From Phoronis australis (taxonomy: Eukaryota > Animalia > Phoronida): a DNA stretch of 64,000 nucleotides. A model generated the notes under the pieces. The model was not told where the DNA came from. It was given only the letters and a program-made list of their open reading frames with translations, and did not search any database. A program made the translations under genes and the position numbers. Shown piece by piece: positions 1 through 10,897 of the stretch. The stretch is taken from positions 47,208 to 111,207 of the forward strand of contig NMRA01000102.1 in assembly GCA_002633005.1 (NCBI GenBank), in the 5' to 3' direction. The stretch's first letter is position 1. Every line of letters begins with the position of its first letter.

Positions 1-588
1 AACTACATTTGAACTTGATGTGGTTGTGGAGTACCCTTGAAAATGTCAAATTTGGCTAATTTTAGAACATCCCATTGTAGAAATGACTAATCAGATTTAC
101 CAGTATATGAAATGTGTTATGAAATTAAGAATTGCTTTTGAAGGGTTCCATGTGTGCATAACAGTGTACAGTATCAAAAGAGGACTTTAATGATTTTCAT
201 GAAAAAAACTCAAAAGTTGCATCAATTGAAAACAAAATGATACTTTGGAAAACTGCAAACACGTTTTTGTGATTTCATCATGAACATTATAAATATCAAA
301 CACAATATGGTTTCTTTTTTGCGGTATTTTACTGAAAAGACATGGTCACGTATTCCAATTCATATCAGATTGGCAAAAAGTCAAAAATGAAATTCTGCAG
401 ACTTTCTAATTTCAGAGTTTACAGAATTAAAATTTATAGTTTTGTAGATATTTGGGTATTTAGATATTTGGGTATTTAAGATACAGACTATGGTTCATAG
501 AATAATGTGCAACCTAATTTACCGTTGACAGCTTGGTGTTACAACTAATAGAGACATAACTCATCGGACAAACTATTAGAGATGAAAC

Positions 589-795
589 AGTGTGGCTCAG
601 TGGTTTGAGCTCAGGACTCCCATTTGGGAGACCCGGGTTCAAATCCTGGCTTTACTGGCTGACAATCGAGCATTGCACAAAAAGGTGTTTCCTGCTCCTC
701 TGAGTTCAGTTTTACAAGTGAGTGTGTGCAAGGGAGTGAATGGGAACCTGGATATAATGCGAAAGAGATTTCTGGAGGCGTGCTAGAAGCAAACA
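589..795 (+). mobile_element. tRNA-derived SINE-like element
   Basis: Pol III A box TGGCTCAGTGG (593-603) and B box GGTTCAAATCC (636-646). The head resembles tRNA-Gly(CCC) but has no acceptor stem and is followed by a non-tRNA body. Flanked by an 11-bp direct repeat AGAGATGAAAC (578-588, 796-806). Confidence 0.7.
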
Positions 796-1401
796 AGAGA
801 TGAAACTTAAGTGTTCAAATTAATAGAGATAAAACATCGATAAAAACAACAAATTACTGGCAGCAATGACGACCCCCGAGATTGTGGTTTGGCAACACGA
901 ATTATAATGCAACTAACAAATAATTGTTGTGGATGATGGATTTACTTCAAAATATAACACTTGAACGATTAGTCACTTCCCATATTAGCAAACTTCAAGA
1001 ACCTAGAAGCCCCAGCTTCAAGACCTCCGTTTTCAGCCACGATGTCAAAGAGTTCTTGATTAATTTCACAAATAATTCAACAACAAAACGTAAACTCATA
1101 TTTTAACGAAACTCAAAAAATTGGTTCAAATAGTTTTATGATTACCCACTTGGAGCGCTGCTTCCTGTGATGTAATTGGTCGCAGAAAGCCAGCGTCCTA
1201 TTTTAGCATGCAGCCAAGTGGCGTTTTTCATTGTCGGAATAAGAAATTTTGGGGCGAAATGTCGGGTCGCCAGGGATATCTGTTTGAGTCCAAAGCAACA
1301 CAAAGTGACGCCCAGTCATCGTCATTGTCAGCCGAAAAATGTCAGTGCAACCAGCCTATATTAACAATTTATAGTGGTGTGACTGTGGGCATGGCGGACT
1401 C

Positions 1402-2240
1402 TAGCCAGCCAGCTAGCTGCAGCCGATACTCAGCTCTGTAAACTATTTAAGGTTAATTACAGACTAGCTTTATGAATACTATCATTAAAATACAGCTACG
1501 AATCACTGTGTGTTTGAGCTTCATTAGACCCCGAAATTTCTCACAACCCGGGTTGTTCTGCTCATTACTTTGTCGTGAAACTTTTATCAACATGTAGAGC
1601 TAGCGACTAGCGGATGTGCATGCAAAATCTGATAGTCAACCGACACTTGCCTTAAGAGGAAAACAATCTAATAAACGTTATTTCCTTGAAAGGAAAGTCT
1701 GTCACTAAATAATTTCATAAGGTTGGTAGAGAACACATAGATTAATTCTTGTTGACACAACCAAGCAAAAACGCTGTACCTTGACAGTTTCGGCTGTACC
1801 TTGAAGTACCACTAGTTTTTTGCTTGGTTGTGTCAATAAGAATTAATCTATGATGACAGATTCGCAGCAGCAAAGCGTATTCTAAAATTCTGTTTACTGG
1901 TATTAAAATACTAAAAACTTGTAACAAAATGAAACTAGTTTCGATAATTTTTTGTGACATGTACGCACCCTCATGGAAGAACAGTTCATAGAAGAATCGG
2001 GGGAAAAAAGAAACTGGTCAAGGTCAGGAGATGCAATCTCCGAAAGCCTACACAATAGAACACACCACAATTTTAGCAACAGAACGGCAGAATGCCAATT
2101 TTTCCAAGACTAGTAAATAAGTTAGTTTACTCAAGAGAGTAGTTTTTAATGACACTAACTTTGTGTGCGATTTTATTTGTTCATTTTTTTACCCACATGG
2201 ATGCAAAGCTGTATATTTAGTATACAGCTTTGGCCAACCG
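1402..2240 (+). mobile_element. Non-autonomous dispersed repeat (TAGCC...GGCTA family), most complete copy
   Basis: Segments recur at ~4640-5030 (-), ~5832-6445 (+), ~9960-10076 (+), ~10077-10261 (-) and ~19894-20045 (+). Begins TAGCCAGCCAGCTA and has a subterminal hairpin CAAAGCTGTATA-TTTAG-TATACAGCTTTG. Confidence 0.7.
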
Positions 2241-2974
2241 ATGGCATGCGATGGCCCTCCCTAAGAAGTCACCTTTATTGAAGAGTTCAAACAAAAAAGT
2301 GACATACAAAAGGGCATGGCGAACCTTTTACAATACTATGGCAAACAGTAAAAAACAAGAATGGCTGATACAATGATAAAATACGATGTAATTATCACTA
2401 TAAACTCTCAATGTCACATTTAAGGCACAGCAATATTTGATAAACAGTCGATGTCCCACAAACCATGTCACTGACATATCAGCCAATCAGCCATCACTGT
2501 CAGGATATTAGTGTTTTGGCAATAATGATGAATCAGCTTTTGTTTGGCATGCAACTCGGGTAAATGTGAGTTTTATTTGTATGTTAGAACAGGTTAACTG
2601 CTGCATTATTTTTACTACAGTCATCTTTCAACTGTTGTTAGTTTGCTTAGTTTCCGAAAGATGGCGCTCGTCTACAAGCAGTCTGTTACGTCCACCATAA
2701 AAGTCGAATCTGAAGCTTCAAAAATCTACTCTAAATGCTGATTTTGCATACAAAAAATCACTTATCACAACACACAGTGTTTAAAAGCTTTTACCAATTC
2801 TGCGTCATTTTATTCTGAGTAAATACTCCCCCATTATCATAGAAACCTATCACAAAGGCATGAAAGTTTATTGAATCATAAAATTTATCATTGCCTCCAT
2901 TACTGATGAAAGTTCTTTAACAAGTTGACTCCATGTAGTATGACACAGTTTGTACATGCACAAGCATGTGTGCA

Positions 2975-3047
2975 CACACTCATGCACTCATGCACACACT
3001 CATGCACTCATGCACACACTCATGCACTCATGCCCGCACTCATGCAC
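2975..3047. repeat. (ACTCATGC/AC)n simple repeat running into an assembly gap
   Basis: Visible periodicity directly before the N-run 3048-3577. Confidence 0.9.
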
Positions 3048-3577
3048 NNNNNNNNNNNNNNNNNNNNNNNNNNNNNNNNNNNNNNNNNNNNNNNNNNNNN
3101 NNNNNNNNNNNNNNNNNNNNNNNNNNNNNNNNNNNNNNNNNNNNNNNNNNNNNNNNNNNNNNNNNNNNNNNNNNNNNNNNNNNNNNNNNNNNNNNNNNNN
3201 NNNNNNNNNNNNNNNNNNNNNNNNNNNNNNNNNNNNNNNNNNNNNNNNNNNNNNNNNNNNNNNNNNNNNNNNNNNNNNNNNNNNNNNNNNNNNNNNNNNN
3301 NNNNNNNNNNNNNNNNNNNNNNNNNNNNNNNNNNNNNNNNNNNNNNNNNNNNNNNNNNNNNNNNNNNNNNNNNNNNNNNNNNNNNNNNNNNNNNNNNNNN
3401 NNNNNNNNNNNNNNNNNNNNNNNNNNNNNNNNNNNNNNNNNNNNNNNNNNNNNNNNNNNNNNNNNNNNNNNNNNNNNNNNNNNNNNNNNNNNNNNNNNNN
3501 NNNNNNNNNNNNNNNNNNNNNNNNNNNNNNNNNNNNNNNNNNNNNNNNNNNNNNNNNNNNNNNNNNNNNNNNNNNNN

Positions 3578-3731
3578 TTGGAATACTTAAAGCTGTAAAC
3601 ACTAAGACTGACTGATGAATGTGATCCTTGGAATACTTAAAGCTGTAAACACTAAGACTGACTGATGAATGTGATCCTTGGAATACTTAAAGCTGTAAAC
3701 ACTAAGACTGACTGATGAATGTGATCCTTGG
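3578..3731. repeat. 50-bp minisatellite, ~3 visible copies
   Basis: Unit TTGGAATACTTAAAGCTGTAAACACTAAGACTGACTGATGAATGTGATCC, abutting the gap. Confidence 0.92.
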
Positions 3732-3869
3732 AGCAACACTCATCCTCTTTGAGCCAAGTGAACACTACAAGAAAATTTCATGTTTTTTTAATAGTGAAAA
3801 GCACGACAAAACGATTACAAACATCAAAAATGTGAATAGAAAAAAACAGTATTTCGTGACGAAGTTACC

Positions 3870-4262
3870 ACTAGTGCACTCAGGCTGGTCGCAGGGAGAC
3901 TGAACTAGTGCACTCAGGTTGGTCAATAGATCAAACCAATTGAACTAGTGCACTCAGGTTGGTCGCTGGGAGACTGAACCAACTGAACTAGTGTATTCAG
4001 GCTGGTCGCTGGGAGACTGAACCAACTGAACTAGTGCACTCAGGCGGGTCACTGGGAGACCAAACTAATAAAACTAGTGTACTCTAGCTGGTTGCTGGCC
4101 GGCTGAACCAATTGAACTAGTGCAATCAGGCTGGCCGCTGGGAGACTGAACCAATTGAACTAGTGCACTCTGGCTGGTTGCTGGGAGACTGAACCAATTG
4201 AACTAGTGCAATCAGGCTGGTTGCTGGGAGACTGAACCAACTGAACTAGTGCACTCAAGCTG
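3870..4262. repeat. ~43-bp minisatellite, ~9 diverged copies
   Basis: Unit approximately GAACTAGTGCACTCAGGCTGGTCGCTGGGAGACTGAACCAACT. Confidence 0.92.
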
Positions 4263-4639
4263 ACCATTTTGAACAAAAATGTATGATTTTTGCATGTTCG
4301 CTATGATATGCACATACTGCACACTGTCTAAATTTTCAAAGTGGTTGTAAACGTGACCTGTTTGAATTTTTGAGTGCTTTATGGAGAACACTGCTGAGAT
4401 GTCATACTGAGGCATCAATGCATAGGGCTGCTAATGGAGGGATACAAACAGGTAACAGGAATGGCGAAGGTCTGATTGACAATTTTATAGAATATCGAAA
4501 GTTTAGAGAAGTAGCAACAAAATTTGAGGGTTTGCCAGTTTAATGATGCGATCATTTCAATGACTGAAGAAGTACTGTGGTATCTGCTGAGTTTAAACTA
4601 AAACCCAAAGCAGGAGATTTTGAGTCCCATCCCTAGTCC

Positions 4640-5030
4640 TAGCCTTGGTGCAAAACTGTATACTAAATATACAGCTTTGCGCCGATGTGGGTGAAAAACT
4701 GACCAAAGAAAATTGACACAAAATTAGTATCATTAAAAACTACACTTCCTCAAGTAAAAAAATATTTACTAGTGTTGGAAAAGTTAGCGTTCTACTGGTA
4801 ACTGCAGCTTGACGTGTGGAAGGATCTTATGCGTTGATTTTCGGAGCCATGAAATATAGCGTCACTTATTGGCCAGTTTCTTTTTTCACCAATTATTCAA
4901 TCAATTGTTTTTCTTCCACAAGGTTGCGCACATGTCACAACAAATTATCGGAACTGGTTTCATTTCGTTATAATTTTTTAGTACTTTAATACCAGCAAAC
5001 CGAATTTCAGAAAACATTTTGCTGCTGCAG
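4640..5030 (-). mobile_element. Inverted partial copy of the TAGCC...GGCTA repeat family
   Basis: Reverse complement matches ~1860-2235, including the hairpin, and ends CAAGGCTA. Confidence 0.7.
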
Positions 5031-5259
5031 AGCTGAGAGATGTCAGGCGTGTGTGCGTGGTGACAAGTGTATAGTTTTCAAAACGACAACATACTTTTCA
5101 TTGTTACAAAAGGCTGAGAATCTTCTTTCGGTTTCAACAAACGATCGAAATACCGATCCTTGTGCATTGGCACATGTTAGTGATAAACTGAACTGTGCAC
5201 AACTGTGAAAATAACAACAAAACGAACTGCGGGTTAGCACCAGGATAAAAGCAAGTTTT

Positions 5260-5760
5260 ATTGTTTACTGTCTAAGGTTGATGTTCGAGATTTGACTCGT
5301 GAACATCTCCATAACTTCTCATGAGATAGCATGTTGTGAGAGTCCATTCCAGAGTGAAATAGTAGATGCGAAGAAAGAGTTTGTATAGTATGCAGTGTGA
5401 ATGTATGATCTCTCAAAGGTATGAGAGTTGGAATTACGTGATCTAGAGATATGCAAGAGTGGAAGGTATGTGTAAGGAATGGCAACCAGGTTGTGTACGG
5501 TCTTGGAACACGAGGTGCAGTTTGTTTTGAGCATGTTTTTCTTGAAGAGTGGACCATTTCAGAGTGGTAAGCAAAGATCAAACAGAGGAGAAACTGGAGT
5601 GGTCATTTAGGACGAACCTGGCTGCTCTACACTGTATTCTTTCTATCTTGTCAATATTGGAGCGTGTGGGGATCCCAGACAGAGGAGGAATATTCAAGTT
5701 TGGGCCTCACTAGTGAAGTGTGGGCCAAGGCTTTCGTTTCATGACGTGCACATTTAAGGT
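5260..5760 (-). mobile_element. LINE ORF2 C-terminal remnant (CR1/RTE-X-like)
   Basis: Minus strand encodes SLVRPKLEYSSSVWDPH and YTNSFFASTISLWNGLS, typical post-RT motifs, broken by frameshifts. Confidence 0.75.
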
Positions 5761-5831
5761 TAATTAATTACGCAAGAAAATGATGTTTATTAGATTGTTT
5801 TTCACTTAAAGGGCTGAAATAGGCAAGGTAA

Positions 5832-6445
5832 TAGCCAGCCAGCTATCTGTATGAAGACAAACAGCAAGGTACTACTGTGTGTTCAGCACCGACAGACCTC
5901 GAAAGTGCATACAGACAGGGTAGTTCTGCTCCTCACCTCACCATCAAACTTGTATCAACATGTAGAGCTAAAGACCAGATGGAGTGCATGCAAAATCTAG
6001 GAGTCAACCGACACTCACCTTGCCTGTTACAACAGGTGAAGTAAAAAACAATGCAAGAAACGTCATTTTCTTGCGTAACTCTCTACCTGTTGTAACAATT
6101 AAAAGTATTTCATCGTTTTGAAAACAGTATGCTCATGTCATGCGCCATTTCCTAAAATTTTGCGACATCTCTTGGGAGATGATGACAGCTTCGCAGCAGC
6201 AAAATTTATTCTGAAATTCGGTTTGCTGGTATTAAAATGCAAAAAACTTGTAACTAAATGAAACCTGCTCCGACAATTTGTTATGACATCTACACACTCT
6301 CGTGGAAGAACAGTTGATTGAAGAATAGTCGAAAAAAGAAACAGGCCAATAGGTGACGCAATATTTCATGGCGCTGAAAGTCGACGCAAAAGATCGCTCC
6401 ATAACATCAGCAGCAGAATAACAATAGAACACCATTTTTTCTAAC
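5832..6445 (+). mobile_element. Partial copy of the TAGCC...GGCTA repeat family
   Basis: Starts TAGCCAGCCAGCTATCTG and shares TATCAACATGTAGAGCTA, ATGCAAAATCT and GCAGCAGCAAA blocks with 1402-2080. Confidence 0.7.
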
Positions 6446-6786
6446 ACAGTTAAATAACTTAGTTCAGGGCCGTAGGTAGCGGGGAGCCAGGAGGGTGTGG
6501 GCATCTTCAAAAATTTGTAGGCATCATCTTTAAACCATGGCAACCAACATAGGTATAGGGCCACAGACAATCCATTTTGATAAACCAATTTGTTGGTTTC
6601 TCATTCACATGTTTATGTATCTAGGAAAATCGACAGATTCATAGATTATTTTTGCAATTAAAAGCTATTCTTGTAAGAATTTGTGATGTTTCAGTGTATT
6701 TAGTTGCAGCCTGAAGTTGGAAAAACACAATAATCCGATACCCAAATAGTAAAGTACATTTAGACGTTTTTTGCCTATCTAAAATA

Positions 6787-8301
6787 CCGTATTCGGCATA
6801 CTAACCGCCCAAGGCGCTTAGAAAAGTTCGTTTCAGTGGAGGCGTTTATTATAACCCAAGGCCGTTGAAACCCGGTCTCCGCAACGGGTGAAATCAGAAA
6901 CTAAGATTCATCATATTTACGCTCTGTGACGTATTTGTAATCTATGAAGACTTTCTACAAAACTGTGGTGCATTGCTATCAAACTTTGCTGCTAAATTAC
7001 GATCATTTTACAGGAAATTGTGCTGAAATCCTAGGGCGAAAACTCGCCTACTGACTGCCTCGCAATCGTCGATATGGCAACTTGAATGCTTGAATAAAAA
7101 TAAAGTTTCGACTCAAGCAAATTACCTGAAATCCTCCTTACGTTTTCCATGTAGCGTCCCTAAGATTTTTAAGTTCCCATGGAGTCGGGATCACGGCAGG
7201 TTTAAGTACAAATCTGTGCCGACATCGTGCCATCTACATGTATGATCGGCAACGTGAGAAAAATGTCTGGACGAACACACGTTGTTGTCACGTGGCATTT
7301 GTTTTGAAGTTTGTCTGCCTTTGTGAGTAGCGAGCGCGTGCGTGTCACCAGAGTTCATTTGCCAGAGCAGAGACCATCTTTTGGCCAGTTCCATGTAATC
7401 TAATGAGCTAGATGTGCATTTTACCTAAAGAAATTTGCACAAGCAGTAGGCCTAAACCAGAGCGTGTTTCATTCAGCACTTGCTGGTCTCGTGTGCTAAA
7501 AACGTTCGACATTTGTCTCGGTAAGGCCCATGGCCATATTAGTCGCCGTGTGGCTGGATGCATACGTGACTATCTGATAATTATTTTTCGGTGTAAGGGT
7601 GAGTCAGCATTCACTGTCAGTGATCATTTTATCGGATATTTGGCTTAAAAACACCAATTATGGTTAATCAACAATTCATCTTAAAAATAACGCAAACATT
7701 TTTTATAGTTTTAGAAACTGTCGGAAATTAGTGCCAATATTCATTTCTTGCCGATGCTATGCTACCCGTTTCATGAATGGATAGTTCCCAACTAATGTCT
7801 TTGTTGACAGGTTCATGTATGGAGCACGCGCTTCCTGGCCACGTGCTTAAAACACTGGCCAAGCTTTTTATTAGTCTTTGATTCGCGGTTTTCACATGTA
7901 CAAAGAAATTTGGATTCCTGTTGAAAGCGGGAAATATCTACAAAGCAATCCCGTAGACAAATACACTACTTTTGTTCTGAAAGGCCTGACCTTTGGTCCT
8001 CGCAAGATCAGCAGAACTTTTGTGTTCGTTATGAGGCATGGCAGAAGTTTGAAGTGTATAGTCACGGCTAAATACCGACATAGCGGCGAGGTTTATGGTC
8101 TACATATTCTGCGCACAATGATTTTTTTCAGGACTGTCGGATATTATTAATAAATTGAAGACGTTACTGTAGAATTTTAGGACTGTAGGTAAGGCATTTT
8201 TCGCACGTACATGTTCATGGACTGGGCACTTATTTTAGCAAAGTCTGAAAACATGTGGGGGGTGCTCATAGGGGCATGGGCTGTTATTACGGCGAATACG
8301 G
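6787..8301 (+). mobile_element. Non-autonomous Tc1/mariner-pogo-like DNA element with CCGTATT TIRs and TA target duplication
   Basis: TA|CCGTATTCGGCATACTAACCGCCCA ... TGGGCTGTTATTACGGCGAATACGG|TA (~25-bp imperfect TIR). A second copy starts at 13521. Confidence 0.85.
7878..8090 (+). pseudogene. HIRAN-like domain remnant inside the TIR element
   Basis: IRGFHMYKEIWIP...SNPVDKY...PRKISRTFVFVMRHG..LKCIVT resembles the HIRAN pattern (RGxHxY..W.P, NxxDxxA, GxxPR), with internal deletions and no ATG start. Confidence 0.6.
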
Positions 8302-10776
8302 TAATTGTCAAACACATTGATGACATTTGGAGTTCCCAAAAATTTACTCACAATTCAAATGGCAATAAATTCATTGTTTTTTGAATTAGGCACAAGATTT
8401 GTTGTTTAAACTCACAAACAGCAGATCATAAAGGAATTAAGTCATTAAATCAAAGTAAACGCATTGCTCATGGAATGATTGTTGGCTTCTGATTTACATG
8501 TTTATGTATCTCCAAACATCGACTGATTGATAGATGATTTTTGACAATTGTGTAAGAAATGGCGATTCTTCACTGAACTTAGTTGCAAGCCGACAATGGG
8601 AAATTTCGATCTACCATCAGTTCCTCAAATAGCAAAGTACACTTAACGATATTTGTCTAATTTGAAAGATGTGTCAAGGATACTGATGAATGTAGGACAG
8701 CTCTACAAATTGTACACAAATGTTCTCACAATTAAAATGGTAACGAATTATTCAAAAATGTTCTCACAGTTCAAATGGTAATAAATTGCACAAAAATGTT
8801 CTCACAATTCAAATGGTAATAAATTGTTTATTGACTTAAGAACTACATCAGTGGTTTAAATTCACAAACCGTAGATCGAAAAAGAAGTTCAAGTCCTTAA
8901 ATAAATAAAATTAAACTCATTACTTATGAACTTGGAAAGGTTATCTTTGCAATTCCTTGATGTTTTTAGTTTCCAGCAGTATTGGGCAATAAATATTTAT
9001 TCTTCAAAAATGAATCGTTGGGTCTCTATTCCCGAGCATATACTACACAGACGGAATGCGTCATGACTGACGCACCAACATTAAAAATAATGTATTACCA
9101 TGCAGAAGGCCCGCGTAGAATCTGAGTGATTCACAGGAACTGAATTTGAACTCCAAGCCTTAAAGTGTGTGCATTTTGGGACGCAATCTGTACCATTTTC
9201 CAGCTAACAGAAATTGAAATACCGGCTGTTTCAACCAGGAATTTTGAAATAACCCAAAGGCAATATACTAGGTACCTTGGACCTTTTCAAAAAATTCCTT
9301 CAAAGGATGACCCCAATAAACAAACTTTTCCCGAAACTGGATCATACTAAAAACGAATCTTGACCTTAGAGGCAACGCAGACAGATAGGTAGGAGCCAAG
9401 ATGCCTATCTCAAGTGAATCATAGCTGAGCTGACCAGCGACTAGCCTAGTTCTCCGAATTTCGTACTTTCTCTCCATGAAAATTTTGTTGGTTCAGGGGT
9501 TACTTAAATCCTGATGGCTGCATCCTCAGGATTGCCGTCCCCCCACATATCACCTATGGAAGACGTGGGGGGTTCAGTACAAATTTGGCGGAACCAATGT
9601 TATGTTCGTGGTTTTCATTAAACTTGCAGAGTTCAAAACATAACTTTATATGGCACTGGTAGCTAGAATTATAGATTGTGTAAGCTGTGCAAAACAATTC
9701 TCTGAAATCTGATTATGACTCATGAGCATATGATCTCTACTAGTTCTGACAAACAAGTTTTCAGTTGAGAGTTAGACAGCATAGTGAATAGATGTATCTT
9801 GTAGATCTCTAGAATAAACCCACGTAAAGCCGTAACACAGAGTTGTGTTTGAAAGAGGTTTTCATACACAGAGGACGGGGGTAGGTAGTGGCGATAGGAA
9901 GGGAGGGGTAGTTCGGTGAAGTCGAATTGGTTTGCCTTCTTACGCCACGGGCCTGTAGTTTACTCAAGGAAAAGTCTACTCTTTAATGACACTAATTTTG
10001 TGTCACGTTTTATCTGGTCGGTTTTTATCTTCATCGGCGCAAAGCTGTATTAGTACACAGCTTTGCGCCAAGGCTAGGTGAATACCAGTTGACTCCCAGC
10101 TAGATTTTGCATGCACCCCTGCCAGTCTTTAGCTCTTCATGTTGATATTACCACTAGGTGATGAGCCAAGCTACCCAGGCTGAGTGCAATTTCGAGGTCT
10201 GTTGGAGCTCAACACTGCACCTAGCTGTAATTTAGTCTTCATACGTCTAGCTGGTTGGCTATCCTATTCCTAGACTAGTAGAGTTACCATAGTAAAATCC
10301 ACGAGGTTCAGATTTTGGCAGCAACCTGGCGACTTTGCAATCCAGTTTGATTTAGACATTGCGATGTTTTATCACCATTGCCGGCCATTCCGCTGATTTG
10401 CATCACATCATATATTAACAGATGTAATCATGGTGTCTTCTGATGTTCATGCACGAAACACGGCCTCTGTTATGTTTACGTCACTTGACTGTTCGTCGTC
10501 ATGCTTTGCTGAGAAAATGTAGCAAGTGTTTACTTCCCGTTCTCAACTCTCGGTTGAGGAGGAGAAAACGCGATAGTTTGAGTTCCACTACATTACAAAA
10601 TGCTCTTTCAACTGAAGGTAAATGACTATAGTATAGCTGATTCCTCAAGATAAAGTAAAGCATATGAATTTTTTCTTTTAAAAATATATTTACACTAAAT
10701 ATTTAGTTACTAAGTGAAATTTTCAAAATAATTTAATAAACATATCTTACATTGACTCTGTCTTTTGGAAAAAATT

Positions 10777-10799
10777 GTTGTCAAGAAACAATATGGCGG
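10777..10799 (+). promoter_or_regulatory. Candidate promoter elements: RFX X-box-like plus YY1-like motif
   Basis: GTTGTCAAGAAAC (10777-10789) directly followed by AATATGGCGG (10790-10799), 40 nt upstream of the ATG at 10840. Motif resemblance only. Confidence 0.45.
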
Positions 10800-10839
10800 T
10801 CATCGTGTAGCTGTCAAACACTAAAACAATAAAGCGAAG

Positions 10840-10897
10840 ATGAATGCAAAGCAGAGCGTTTCAAAGTCAAATGCCAAAGGAAGACCTAAGTCTTCAG
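10840..10897 (+). CDS. MYCBPAP: MYCBPAP candidate first coding exon 1a (MNAKQSVSKSNAKGRPKSS)
   Basis: ATG in AAGATG context and donor CAG|GTAGGC. The phase-1 end fits the exon at 33554. Confidence 0.65.

Noticed and set aside
589-655. Functional tRNA gene
   Set aside because: No acceptor-stem pairing or clean cloverleaf; it fits a SINE head better.
2925-3615. 200+ aa ORFs in several frames
   Set aside because: They only span an N-run and a simple repeat.
3578-3731. CTGATGA in the 50-bp repeat as a hammerhead ribozyme core
   Set aside because: No stem II or GAAA partner can be formed.
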